Virus record (IMG/VR): IMGVR_UViG_3300020200_000018
Length of the DNA: 64,000 nucleotides
Source of the DNA: an uncultured virus (IMG/VR IMGVR_UViG_3300020200_000018)
Taxonomy: Duplodnaviria; Heunggongvirae; Uroviricota; Caudoviricetes
Direction: 5' to 3' (one strand)
The notes under the pieces were generated by a model, which saw nothing but the letters and a program-made list of their open reading frames with translations, searched no databases and was not told the DNA's origin. Positions 45,119-54,713 of the stretch are shown here, one piece after another. Numbering within the stretch: the stretch's first letter is position 1; the number at the start of each line of letters is the position of its first letter. A program made the translations under genes and the position numbers.

Positions 45119-46435
45119 TTAGAAAAAAGACGTTAAATTGGTGGGTTTATCGCGGACGGTCCAAAGATCACGGCTAGTCCAACAAGTTGGTGGGCGGAGC
45201 CCTAAAAAGGTATAGATGATACCACAGAGGGATGCACCAGACGTAAGGTATGGTTGTATGCACCGTTGCCAAGTATCAATAAAATGTAATTGTCCTAATT
45301 TTGGTTGGTCATAAATTTTCTCAACATGATATTGTAATTCGTTCGGATTTGTTATCCGGTAAAAATCTACAATTTGTGTGTTCTTCTGGTTGTCATATCC
45401 AGGGTGGGTAAATGGGTGTACACCATTTTTAAGGTATTCCAAATATTTTGTAGTGGCCCAACCATCAGCAATAGGAATGCACAACGACGTTTTCCACGTT
45501 TGCATAATACGCTGAATTTCAATCCGCGAAACTTTACCACGGTAAATTTGTTGACCGTGATCATTCATCATATTGATACGGTCATCTGGCCAGTCACCGT
45601 AAACATGGGCTGATGGAAATACATCTAAGACCCACTCTTTTAAAATTGGCCAGCGCTCTTGGATTATCCGTCCTCCTCCATTACCGTCGGCGCCTTTATT
45701 GAGGGCTATACCAAATACAATGGGCCGTTTTGTAGAGGTAGAGATAAGTTCCTCTGGATTCGGCAACACTTCATCAAAGGTGCAGCAATATTCTACTCCC
45801 GCATACCTCACAGGTACTGTGCGGTCAACGACTCGTTGGTCAGTGGTATTATCAAACCGTTGGAATTCGAATGCGCCATTATATTGTGACGCAATTACCA
45901 CAGGATCATTTACAAGGTCCCATTGTGCTACCAATGACCGGGGATCATCGCAAAGGGCTACCCACGGGCACATAGTTTCATTGAGGATATTGATAATGGG
46001 CGCATTATTACGGACAGCAAAAGCCAAAGGCTGTGCGAGTTCTCCTGCTAGGGTCCGTGAAACGCCTAGTAAATTATACCGTGCAGATACACCAAGGAAT
46101 AACGCTCCACCCGTAACTGTAATGCCCCGCTCTTTAAAATACTGCGCTGGCCAGCGCCACATGTTGCCTGTCGCGTCTGTAATTCCTGCCCATACATCAA
46201 TTAAATTGCGGTTGGGAAAAAGGTGTTGGTATTGTGCTTGGCTTAAATCCCTAAGGTCGGAACGACCAACCATATAGAATGTGTCCTTGGGATTATTGTA
46301 TGCTAGGACTACAATAAACTTCGTTGCATCATCCGCGCCAAATGAGGATACAAATTCTATGTTGTCTTGGTGCCGTGGGTGGAACCGCAGACTGATACCA
46401 AATTTACCGACGAGGATATGGTTACCCATTACCAA
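45119..46435 (-). CDS. Putative GT-B DNA glycosyltransferase (distantly beta-glucosyltransferase-like)
   Basis: Two-Rossmann-like layout (VGKFG.. N-terminus, CDDPR, VYGDW, WATTKYLEYL..GVHPF..YD). Last gene of the MTase-TET operon. Confidence 0.55.
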   Translation of the reverse strand: MVMGNHILVGKFGISLRFHPRHQDNIEFVSSFGADDATKFIVVLAYNNPKDTFYMVGRSDLRDLSQAQYQHLFPNRNLIDVWAGITDATGNMWRWPAQYFKERGITVTGGALFLGVSARYNLLGVSRTLAGELAQPLAFAVRNNAPIINILNETMCPWVALCDDPRSLVAQWDLVNDPVVIASQYNGAFEFQRFDNTTDQRVVDRTVPVRYAGVEYCCTFDEVLPNPEELISTSTKRPIVFGIALNKGADGNGGGRIIQERWPILKEWVLDVFPSAHVYGDWPDDRINMMNDHGQQIYRGKVSRIEIQRIMQTWKTSLCIPIADGWATTKYLEYLKNGVHPFTHPGYDNQKNTQIVDFYRITNPNELQYHVEKIYDQPKLGQLHFIDTWQRCIQPYLTSGASLCGIIYTFLGLRPPTCWTSRDLWTVRDKPTNLTSFF

Positions 46436-47933
46436 TGTTCCTTGTAAGTATTACTGAATCTAGTGGTGATTTCCAACTATTAATATAGTCCAAAAACCGT
46501 TGCTGCCTCGCTGGATCATCCGCATGGAATGGCAAGCAGGTGGCCAAAAGGAACAGGCCGCCACGCACCAACTTCGTGTGGTTATAACCAAACATAAATG
46601 ACAATTCAGCAAGCATGTCGCGTATTTCTATCAATGCAGGTGGAGGGTTAATACCATATAGCATAAAATGGTAACCATGGTACAGGTCTTGATAAAGCTT
46701 ATAAAGGTCATACATCTTATCCCCAGCCGTACCAATCACACCAAATTCCCCACGTGGATCTACCAACGTCAGCTTACCCGTTGCGGGCTCAAACAAAATA
46801 TTGCCTGTGTGAAAATCACCGTGTATAACGGGTGCCCACGTGGCATCTTTCATCATTTGTATACCCTGAAACACTATCCACGAAGTAAGGTGTTGTGTAG
46901 CGGGTAAGATACGTTTGCCGGGTTCAGTAATATACATGGCATAATTAGCTGCTTCGTTATTGAGGTGCTGTTTACGTGGATCATTCCAAAACACTTCCTC
47001 CATTATACGGTATAACCGTTCGAGAAGCATTCGCCACGTCGCCATAGGCACTTGGTCATAAACTAAAAGGTCCGCTAATGGGAATCCTGGTTCCAGTGTC
47101 ATTTTTAAATTCGGACCCGAAAGAATCCGTGGCGTAAAGAGCCGCTGTTCCTCGTTTAGTGAGAGGTACCAAAGGCGTTCTTTCTGGATTTTATCACCGT
47201 GGCTTTCTGAGGTCTTTTCAATCGTACCGTAGAATGTATCTACTTTAAGACGGTTCATTGCTCTAGCCGTAAGGCTTTTCAGACTAGCAGCCGTGGCGTA
47301 ATAATTGTTAAAATTTCCTACGTCAAAATGGTGCTGTACGTTTACCAATTTAAATTCCTTATGGAGTTGCAAAATACTACTGATTTCCGGCCCAATAGTA
47401 GAATCACCAAGATGGGAGCCGAGTAGCCGCCCGCGTTGCCAACCATAAATGCCGACCAACGCTTTAAACCCAGTATGGAACTCCACGGGCTTATCAAAAT
47501 AAGTTTTTCCATCTGTTACACACCACTCCGAGTGGTCTGGTTTTTCTGCTACCGCTAAAAAGTCTGTTCCAAATGGTAAGTTTGTATCTAACACAATCGT
47601 ATCTCCTAACCAGACAACCACAGGAGATTCTTTATCTAGAAGTGCAGCATATCCCAATTTAATAGCATCAGCAGGACCTGTTGGGCATTCCTGTTGCACA
47701 TATTTCAAGTGCGGAAACCGCTGGCGTATATCTTCCAACTTCCCATCAACCACGACGATTTCACCTATGTTATAATGCTTAAAGGCATCAAGGATATACT
47801 GCAAACATGGTTTGCCGTTCACAGGCAACATAGCCTTTGAAACAGTATTCGTCAGGGGCCGCATCCTTGTCGCAAGACCTGCGGCAGGAATAATGACATT
47901 AACTTTAACGGATGTTAAGATTGTGCCGGGCAT
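46422..47933 (-). CDS. Sugar-phosphate nucleotidyltransferase fused to an APH/choline-kinase-like domain
   Basis: N-terminal IPAAGLATRMRP...SKAMLPVNGKP, WLGD. C-terminal HGDFHTGNIL, LVDPRG, GD..YDLYKL. Confidence 0.85.
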   Translation of the reverse strand: MPGTILTSVKVNVIIPAAGLATRMRPLTNTVSKAMLPVNGKPCLQYILDAFKHYNIGEIVVVDGKLEDIRQRFPHLKYVQQECPTGPADAIKLGYAALLDKESPVVVWLGDTIVLDTNLPFGTDFLAVAEKPDHSEWCVTDGKTYFDKPVEFHTGFKALVGIYGWQRGRLLGSHLGDSTIGPEISSILQLHKEFKLVNVQHHFDVGNFNNYYATAASLKSLTARAMNRLKVDTFYGTIEKTSESHGDKIQKERLWYLSLNEEQRLFTPRILSGPNLKMTLEPGFPLADLLVYDQVPMATWRMLLERLYRIMEEVFWNDPRKQHLNNEAANYAMYITEPGKRILPATQHLTSWIVFQGIQMMKDATWAPVIHGDFHTGNILFEPATGKLTLVDPRGEFGVIGTAGDKMYDLYKLYQDLYHGYHFMLYGINPPPALIEIRDMLAELSFMFGYNHTKLVRGGLFLLATCLPFHADDPARQQRFLDYINSWKSPLDSVILTRNIGNG

Positions 47934-48277
47934 GGTAATATTTTAGCAAACTCTTTAGGATGGTGGGATTTGTCGTCGATATACACATCCCCATAAGGCT
48001 TTCCCATAATTAACTGGTGGTACTTCACGCCATGCTGTTTGAGCCATGTTTCTAATACGGGCCGCACTTTTTGGTTAATTTTCTCCAAGTCGCCATTGTG
48101 GCTCAACATACCGCGGCTAGTGTGGAGGATAATAAAATCCCCAGAATCATAACATAAATTTAACATTTCGATAGCCTCGACCTGGGGAACTGCATTTACA
48201 TAATCATGGGTTTCTGATCGGCAAAGTGTTCCATCTATATCGCAGACGATTATACGAGGTTTAAATGTTTGTGGCAT
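47915..48277 (-). CDS. HAD phosphatase (capsule-biosynthesis type)
   Basis: CDIDGTL, HTSRG, MGKP..DVYIDDK. Confidence 0.85.
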   Translation of the reverse strand: MPQTFKPRIIVCDIDGTLCRSETHDYVNAVPQVEAIEMLNLCYDSGDFIILHTSRGMLSHNGDLEKINQKVRPVLETWLKQHGVKYHQLIMGKPYGDVYIDDKSHHPKEFAKILPCPAQS

Positions 48278-48461
48278 TCTGGATTGCCTTCTTTAAGTCG
48301 GTCGCAGCAACACAATACCTATCGCCATCAAGAGTCGCCAATGTAACAAAGTCACTACCTAAGCTACTATTAGATAACACTATGAATGCCTCACTCCATT
48401 TTTCTGATTTCCAAGATTCACCATTGACAGCATAGATTTTGATATTATTAAATGATTCCAT
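48261..48461 (-). CDS. Small hypothetical protein
   Basis: 66-aa ORF, translationally coupled within the operon. Confidence 0.55.
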   Translation of the reverse strand: MESFNNIKIYAVNGESWKSEKWSEAFIVLSNSSLGSDFVTLATLDGDRYCVAATDLKKAIQNATNI

Positions 48462-48464
48462 TTC

Positions 48465-48773
48465 TTATCTCCTTCGCTTTTCAAGGTGATTGTAATAAAT
48501 GATCTGGATAACCCAGATAGTGTTAAATATGACCATAGATAACCCGCCAAAAAATGATAGCCATTGGTTAAGGTACGGATAGTAATAAAGGTTCCAATAT
48601 CCCCATGACGTTAAAATTATAGTTGAAAAAGTTGAAACGCCACGGACCTTTTTATCGATATAAAGACGACGAATGTTAAATCCAATTAAGCTTCCAGCAA
48701 GTAACTCATACATACCATTGATAGTATCTTGCCAGGGCCATGACCATGCCCAATGAGTATTAATTAAATCCAT
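48465..48773 (-). CDS. Three-TM PQ-loop/SemiSWEET-like membrane protein
   Basis: Three hydrophobic helices with LY..K.VRGVS loop. Confidence 0.55.
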   Translation of the reverse strand: MDLINTHWAWSWPWQDTINGMYELLAGSLIGFNIRRLYIDKKVRGVSTFSTIILTSWGYWNLYYYPYLNQWLSFFGGLSMVIFNTIWVIQIIYYNHLEKRRR

Positions 48774-49727
48774 TTAATCCTCTGTATATCGTAGATTAGG
48801 ATCGTTGGCTAGGCGGGTATCACAATAGCTAACACAAGAGAGCCGGCGTCCTTTACCTGCAATAGGAGATACCCCATGCTGCTTTCTACTATCGCCAACA
48901 AATACGTCACCATCTCCAATGCTAATGGCAACCCTAAATTGTGGCAATACAAACAATGCGCCAGTAAATGTGCCAATATGGAATACCGATAAACACGTTA
49001 GGCTGGTATTCAAATCCCCTGCGTCAATATGGTAGCCCATCATAGATGTATCGTCATCCTCATATTTGTTAGCTGAAAGGGTTGTAAAAATCGTGCCACC
49101 AAGATGGTAAGTTTTTGGAATATTATCATCTGCAAAAGCACGTTGCGCCGCATATTCAAATGGTGCAATCTCTTGATAAGTTGCATCCGCAATCACGTTC
49201 ATACGATTAAGGATTTCTAATTTATCTGGATTTTTCTTAGACCACGCATCTAATTCTATTTCTCCCGTAAACCTACCACGCTTATATCCAATTAAGACAG
49301 AATGGATTGGACGTCCACGAGCGACAGTATCCCATGTTCCGTCTTTTTTCCGGCGGATCATGGCATTCTTATTTCCGCCCTTAAACTTATAATCCACACC
49401 TTCAACCCAATTATACTGCCTAAGGAGTTCCTTTGGATCCCAAGGTCCTGCTTGGGCAATACGAAGATCGGAGGTAATGTTAATGCTGTCAAGGCATGTT
49501 TTAATGTCTGTATAATCCTGATCAGTAAACGCATGGCGTTTAATCGCAGCTAAGAGGGGACGGTCACCAAAAATATCACGGGGCCCCAAAACTTTAAAAT
49601 CACAATTAATTACTTCGGCATCAAGGACAGTATCATAATCCTCTGGAGAAGGAATTTGCCCCTGGTACCGCATGGCAGATTGAAACCCAATGTCTTCAAC
49701 AACTACAAATTCTTTCATAACCCCCAT
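48774..49727 (-). CDS. TET/JBP-family 2OG-Fe(II) dioxygenase
   Basis: FTTLSAN, HIDAGD (HxD), GALFVLPQF, QHGVSPI, RLSCVSY. Directly downstream of a C5 methyltransferase. Confidence 0.85.
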   Translation of the reverse strand: MGVMKEFVVVEDIGFQSAMRYQGQIPSPEDYDTVLDAEVINCDFKVLGPRDIFGDRPLLAAIKRHAFTDQDYTDIKTCLDSINITSDLRIAQAGPWDPKELLRQYNWVEGVDYKFKGGNKNAMIRRKKDGTWDTVARGRPIHSVLIGYKRGRFTGEIELDAWSKKNPDKLEILNRMNVIADATYQEIAPFEYAAQRAFADDNIPKTYHLGGTIFTTLSANKYEDDDTSMMGYHIDAGDLNTSLTCLSVFHIGTFTGALFVLPQFRVAISIGDGDVFVGDSRKQHGVSPIAGKGRRLSCVSYCDTRLANDPNLRYTED

Positions 49728-51037
49728 TCCTTTGCTGGTTGTAATATCGCTTTGTATAGATGGTTTGCAATCGCGTACATTTGTAATGGCGCCACCATCA
49801 ATCCGATCCGTTCTTCTGTATCTTCTTCTGTTCCGGGTGCAAATTTGTAATCATCTGGTAGCGACATGATCCGCATAAGTTCTGGGCGGGTAAAACATCG
49901 GTCCTCATCTGGTAAGAAATAACTGTGGCAACGTCCTGTAATCGTCGGCGCTGGCGCATTCCAAGCACAACGAAAATAATTGAAATAAGACATGCGGTTT
50001 TTGAATTTAGCTAATTCAGGAATGGTCGAATGTGTTCGGGCCACCGTGATAAGGAATTTGCAAAACTGCATCTGTTTCTTTGGATTATAGGGAATGGCCT
50101 TTAAAACTTCACGGACAACGGGATTGCCATCTACAACATCTGCAAGCTCCTTTAACCGAAGCGCAGCAAATCCCTCCACATGCTTCATATTAGCCAATCC
50201 ATCACGGAGTGTTGTTTGTTTAGCAAAAGGAGCAGGATAGACACGCTGGTGAAAATGTAATTCTTCTAATCCTAATACTTTGGCAATATCTTCCCTAATG
50301 CAAATGATAAATGTTCGTTGCCGGTTTTGTGGCACTCCATAGTAAGACGCATTGAGGATTTTATATGCACAGCGGTAGCCAATGGCGTTCAATGCACCCA
50401 TAAAGGCAGACAAATAATCATGGGCCCGGCCAGCTGATAACGCTTTAACATTTTCAATCACAATACAACGTGGCTGCAATCCTTTAGCAATACGGATCAT
50501 TTCTTCGGTCAAACGTTCAATTTGGACTTGGACGTATCCGTGGTAAAGTTTTTCTTGGTCCCAAGACTTCTTACGTTTGCCACTCATAGAGAAATGGGTA
50601 CAGGGAGGTGAACCGTCAAAAATGTCCAATTCCCCTGGCTGCAATCCAGCAGCTTTTAAAAAATCACTGTCTTGTAATGTTTTAATATCGCCTGTAAAGA
50701 TATGGGTAGTTGGATGGTTTAGCCGGTAAGATTCGTAGGCGTGTTCAACAAATTCATTTGAGACAAGGACTTTGCCACCCGCCAACTTATAACCTGTTGA
50801 AGAACCTCCTGCGCCAGCGAAAGTTGAAATGACAGTAAACTTAGCTGCTTCACTAGCGCGGTTCATATCAGCTACAGTATAAGGTATGTAGCCAGCGGTT
50901 TCTTTTGGTGCCACAGGTTCGGCTTCCCGAACGCCTGGCAGCCAAGTTTCAGTACAAAGTACGTGGCCAGCAATTTCTTTTGGCGCCATAGGTTCGGCTT
51001 CTCGAACACCTGGCAACCAAGTATCAAGGGTCTGCAT
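49715..51037 (-). CDS. DNA (cytosine-5) methyltransferase
   Basis: Motif I FAGAGG, IV GSPPC, VI ENV, VIII PQNRQR, IX R..SLPDDY. Confidence 0.93.
   Translation of the reverse strand: MQTLDTWLPGVREAEPMAPKEIAGHVLCTETWLPGVREAEPVAPKETAGYIPYTVADMNRASEAAKFTVISTFAGAGGSSTGYKLAGGKVLVSNEFVEHAYESYRLNHPTTHIFTGDIKTLQDSDFLKAAGLQPGELDIFDGSPPCTHFSMSGKRKKSWDQEKLYHGYVQVQIERLTEEMIRIAKGLQPRCIVIENVKALSAGRAHDYLSAFMGALNAIGYRCAYKILNASYYGVPQNRQRTFIICIREDIAKVLGLEELHFHQRVYPAPFAKQTTLRDGLANMKHVEGFAALRLKELADVVDGNPVVREVLKAIPYNPKKQMQFCKFLITVARTHSTIPELAKFKNRMSYFNYFRCAWNAPAPTITGRCHSYFLPDEDRCFTRPELMRIMSLPDDYKFAPGTEEDTEERIGLMVAPLQMYAIANHLYKAILQPAKEWGL
50891..51022. repeat. Duplicated N-terminal peptide in the methyltransferase
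   Basis: TWLPGVREAEPxAPKExAG twice, 75-nt period. Confidence 0.85.
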
Positions 51038-51054
51038 AATTATAGTATAGCGGT

Positions 51055-51729
51055 TTATGAGGATATTGTCAAGGACAAAGATTCTGTTTCAGGCGAGCCA
51101 ATTGGAATCCTTACTTTTGTATCGTCTAAAATAACCGGTTGTTCATTAAGAACCACTGGCTCGGTTGGCAATTTTCCTTTATGTGTTTTCTTATAAGCTT
51201 TCATACGCCTGAGTAATTGCTTCTGCTTATTGCGGCCGCGGATACGCTCAGACATAGAAGCCCTAGTTGTAAACGTAATTCCATTCAAATGGTCGTACTC
51301 GTGGAGGAATACACGAGCAGTCATACCATCAAATTTGATTGTATCTGTCGCTCCTGTGGCTAAAGTATAACGTACCCGGATAGCGGACTTCCGCGTCACA
51401 CGTAAAAATAAGCCTGGAAATGATACGCATCCTTCCTCATAGCGCACATTCTCTCCAAATTCATCTAAGATATTGGGATTAAATGCTACCACAATACTTT
51501 CAGGATCAGCGAAATTACCAAACGCAAAGACCCGGGCCATTACCCCGACTTGTGGAGCAGCTAAACCAACGGCTTTATATTCGATGAGGAGTGCTTTAAG
51601 GGCATTGGCCAATAACAATGCACCATTCGGATCGCCTTCGATATTAAAATCCTCACATACTTGTCGGAGCCTTGGATCGGTTTCTGGTAAAAGTTGTAAA
51701 CGGCTAGTCTGTCCATCAAACGTCACCAT
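51055..51729 (-). CDS. def: Peptide deformylase
   Basis: GLAAPQVG, EEGCVS, HEYDHLNG. Confidence 0.95.
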   Translation of the reverse strand: MVTFDGQTSRLQLLPETDPRLRQVCEDFNIEGDPNGALLLANALKALLIEYKAVGLAAPQVGVMARVFAFGNFADPESIVVAFNPNILDEFGENVRYEEGCVSFPGLFLRVTRKSAIRVRYTLATGATDTIKFDGMTARVFLHEYDHLNGITFTTRASMSERIRGRNKQKQLLRRMKAYKKTHKGKLPTEPVVLNEQPVILDDTKVRIPIGSPETESLSLTISS

Positions 51730-51737
51730 AATTCCTC

Positions 51738-53453
51738 CTATGCAATAAGTTGGCTAAAATTCTTATTCTTTTCAAACTTAATCACGTCCTTAAATTTGTC
51801 CATAAGCAAATCCCCTTTATGTGTTACCACAAACACGTTACATCCCTCAAGGTCATGGATAAGTTTCAAAAATTCTTCGCAGCCAGCAGCATCGAGGCTA
51901 GAATCAAAGACCTCATCTAAAACTAAAAGGTTGGCATTGGCGCTATTCTTGAGCCTAGCTACTGTGCGCCATGTAAATAACAAGGATAGGTCGATCCGCA
52001 TTTTCTCTCCTTCACTGAAATTTTCATATGAAAAATCATCCCGGTACCGGGAGCGGATCGTTTCCTCGAAATTTTCATCCAATTCAAAGTTAACAAAAAA
52101 GTCCAACGCAGCTAGGTATTTGTTGATTAATTGGTTAATGACGGGGATGTATTGTTTTACAATTCTAGCTTTAATACCATCATCCCGTAGGACGACTGCT
52201 GCCATATCTAATGTTTCTTTATCTTTTAGCACCTCAGCATAGGTATTTTGCAATAGGAATACATGGCTCTCCACTTCATCTAACTTAGCTTGGATGGCGC
52301 TAGTATTATCTGCTTCCGCCACTTTTTCTGCTTGCCGTTTAAGCGAATTCAAAACCGCTTCTTTGCTTAACAATTCACTAGACGTAGTGTTGTACGTTCG
52401 CTCAGCCTGTTCTGCTTGCTTCCTGGCATCCTCGAGGTCTGTAACGCTTTGCAAAACGTTTACATGAAATTCATGTAGTTGGGTAATAGCTAATTCAACT
52501 TCTGCATGGGTCGTGTTTTTAATTGCTACTTGTTTTTGCCGAAATGCCGCGGCAATTTCTTGGGCACAGGTTGGGCATTCTTTTGATTTCTCGTAAAACG
52601 CAATATCCTTTTTAAGTTTGACCTTTCGTTTATCCAACTTACTCAGGAGTGCGGTAATTTTTGCAAGTTCCATTTCATTAGGAGCTAATTTTTCAATGGT
52701 AGCCTTCACCGCATCCCATGCCATTTTAGCAGCCGCGGCAGCAGCTTTCAGTTCTCCTATCTTATTTACGTGCTGGACAATTTCTTCATCATGCCCTTGC
52801 TTGGCTTCTTCATGCCATGCAGTCGTATGGGCCAATTGTTCTTGGTAAACTTGGATCAGTTTTTGTGCGGCTTTAATATCTGCATTAAGGTTGATTACTT
52901 GTTCGCGGTTGGATAAAATCCGATCTTTAAGCAGGAGTAACATTTTCGAGAAAATGCGTATATCAAGAAAATCCTCAATGACTTCGCGGCGGATACCTGC
53001 TGGCAACTGCATAAAAGGTACAAAGCTAGCCGAGCCCAGCACCACTACTTGGGTGAAGGATTTAAAGTTCATCCGCAAAACTTCATTTTCAAGGTAGGCT
53101 TGGTAATCCCGTACCGCGGCATCTTGGTTTTCTAATATGCCGTTTTTATAGATTTCAAACACAGCTGGTTTGACGCCACGTACCACCTTGTATTCATTAT
53201 ACCCATCATCAAATTCGATTTCGGTACTAAGATCACCGCGGTTAATTGAATTAATGAGTTTGTCTTTTTTAATCTTCCGGAAAGGGCGGCCATAGAGACA
53301 AAAGCAAATAGCATCGATAAATGTGGATTTACCGGCGCCGTTATTACCAACAACTAAGGTGTTTGGTGATTTATCAAGCCGAAGCTCTGTAAATGCATTG
53401 CCGGTGGAGAGAAAATTTTTCCAGCGGATTGTTGTGAAGTGCAGTTTTGCCAT
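51738..53453 (-). CDS. 46: Recombination endonuclease subunit gp46 (Rad50/SbcC-like)
   Basis: GNNGAGKST, CPTC hook, FSEGEKMRIDL, LDEVFDSSLD. Confidence 0.96.
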   Translation of the reverse strand: MAKLHFTTIRWKNFLSTGNAFTELRLDKSPNTLVVGNNGAGKSTFIDAICFCLYGRPFRKIKKDKLINSINRGDLSTEIEFDDGYNEYKVVRGVKPAVFEIYKNGILENQDAAVRDYQAYLENEVLRMNFKSFTQVVVLGSASFVPFMQLPAGIRREVIEDFLDIRIFSKMLLLLKDRILSNREQVINLNADIKAAQKLIQVYQEQLAHTTAWHEEAKQGHDEEIVQHVNKIGELKAAAAAAKMAWDAVKATIEKLAPNEMELAKITALLSKLDKRKVKLKKDIAFYEKSKECPTCAQEIAAAFRQKQVAIKNTTHAEVELAITQLHEFHVNVLQSVTDLEDARKQAEQAERTYNTTSSELLSKEAVLNSLKRQAEKVAEADNTSAIQAKLDEVESHVFLLQNTYAEVLKDKETLDMAAVVLRDDGIKARIVKQYIPVINQLINKYLAALDFFVNFELDENFEETIRSRYRDDFSYENFSEGEKMRIDLSLLFTWRTVARLKNSANANLLVLDEVFDSSLDAAGCEEFLKLIHDLEGCNVFVVTHKGDLLMDKFKDVIKFEKNKNFSQLIA

Positions 53454-54529
53454 TAATCGTGTTGGGATTCCATATTTAAAGCTTCAGTGTGGAGTGCTTG
53501 GAATAATTTTGTTAGCGCCACTTTATCAACGGTGCCTTCCAAGCTCGCCACATATTTACCAAGGATAGCCATAGTATCTTCGGCTTGGTCAATAAGTTCT
53601 TCATCAGTAAGTTGTTGGGAATTATAATGATCATCCACAACCCGTACGTCAGCGGGGCCTGCTGCATACAGGTTCGCCATGTACTGATCAAATTTAACGG
53701 GATCGTTTTTTGCCGTAACAACAACCTTCAAAAAACATCCCTTGTAAATGGTTGCATCAATAGGTGGCTTTTCAAGTGTATCATCGTACCATAGTTTGTG
53801 GAATAAACGACGTGGATTTTGCACATACTTCATTTTTCCTGTTTCTGTGTCAAAAACATGGAATCCCCTGGGATCATCAAAGTCCGACCAAGTCATTTCA
53901 TAGGGAGCTCCGAGGTATGAAATATTCCCGCGTTGTGATTTGCGATGGAAGTGCCCAGAATAAACTTGGTTGAAACGGGAGAATAATTCTGCATCAAATC
54001 CTTCATGCGCTGGCATACCGCGGTACATTTCAAATCCCTTAATTTCCAAATGGCCAAAAACTACGTCTGCTTGCCATTCACGTAGCGCGGTAAAACTAAC
54101 CTCTGCGTTTCCGTCATTGATCCACGGCAGCATAAGCATTTTACAGGTTCCCATTTCAATGATTTCTGGTTTCGAGTATATCGTCGGGCGCCAGGCATTA
54201 GAATCACCGAGCGCGCCATATAATTCTTGCATTGCATGGATGTCGTGGCAATTTTTAAAATACGAATCGTGGTTGCCTATCAGGATGTGGAGGTCAAGGC
54301 CCCGTTCTTCACATGGCACAAAAAAGTTTTGCCGCATGTAATGGGCTATCGAGAATTGGATAAATTTTCTGCGGTCAACAATATCGCCAAGGTGAAAAAC
54401 AGTTTTAATGCGGTGCAGGTCGAGGTATGGAAAGAATTGCTCCCGGTAAAATAGGAGCATGTGCGCTAAGAGGTCCGGCGATTCAGCACGGGCGCCCCAA
54501 TGCGTGTCGGTTAAAATTGCAATCTTCAT
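53453..54529 (-). CDS. 47: Recombination endonuclease subunit gp47 (Mre11/SbcD-like)
   Basis: TDTHWGAR, HLGD..DRRK, GNHD, GHLE, SGHFH. Confidence 0.96.
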   Translation of the reverse strand: MKIAILTDTHWGARAESPDLLAHMLLFYREQFFPYLDLHRIKTVFHLGDIVDRRKFIQFSIAHYMRQNFFVPCEERGLDLHILIGNHDSYFKNCHDIHAMQELYGALGDSNAWRPTIYSKPEIIEMGTCKMLMLPWINDGNAEVSFTALREWQADVVFGHLEIKGFEMYRGMPAHEGFDAELFSRFNQVYSGHFHRKSQRGNISYLGAPYEMTWSDFDDPRGFHVFDTETGKMKYVQNPRRLFHKLWYDDTLEKPPIDATIYKGCFLKVVVTAKNDPVKFDQYMANLYAAGPADVRVVDDHYNSQQLTDEELIDQAEDTMAILGKYVASLEGTVDKVALTKLFQALHTEALNMESQHD

Positions 54530-54552
54530 TATAGTGCGATAGTCTTTAATTG

Positions 54553-54690
54553 AATGTAGGGGCTGGGCTTGATTCCAGCTTGCTCTTCTAATGCGAGTAA
54601 CGGAGGCCCTTCTTTAACCAGAAGTGGAATCCCACTAAGCTCCATCCGGTTTTATTATCGAATCCGTGCGGGGCCCCGCCGCCCTACATT
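54553..54690 (-). ncRNA. Candidate ~138-nt structured RNA with tRNA-like ends
   Basis: 9-bp terminal stem AATGTAGGG/CCCTACATT, an adjacent T-arm-like GCTGG/CCAGC hairpin and several internal hairpins. GC-rich island in an intergenic region. Confidence 0.55.
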
Positions 54691-54713
54691 TTAAAAACAC
54701 AATTCAGGAAGAG

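Noticed and set aside
54553..54690. Canonical tRNA or tmRNA
   Set aside because: Too long for a tRNA with no standard anticodon arm, and far too short for tmRNA despite a GGGGC...GGATTCGA resemblance. Kept only as an unclassified RNA candidate.
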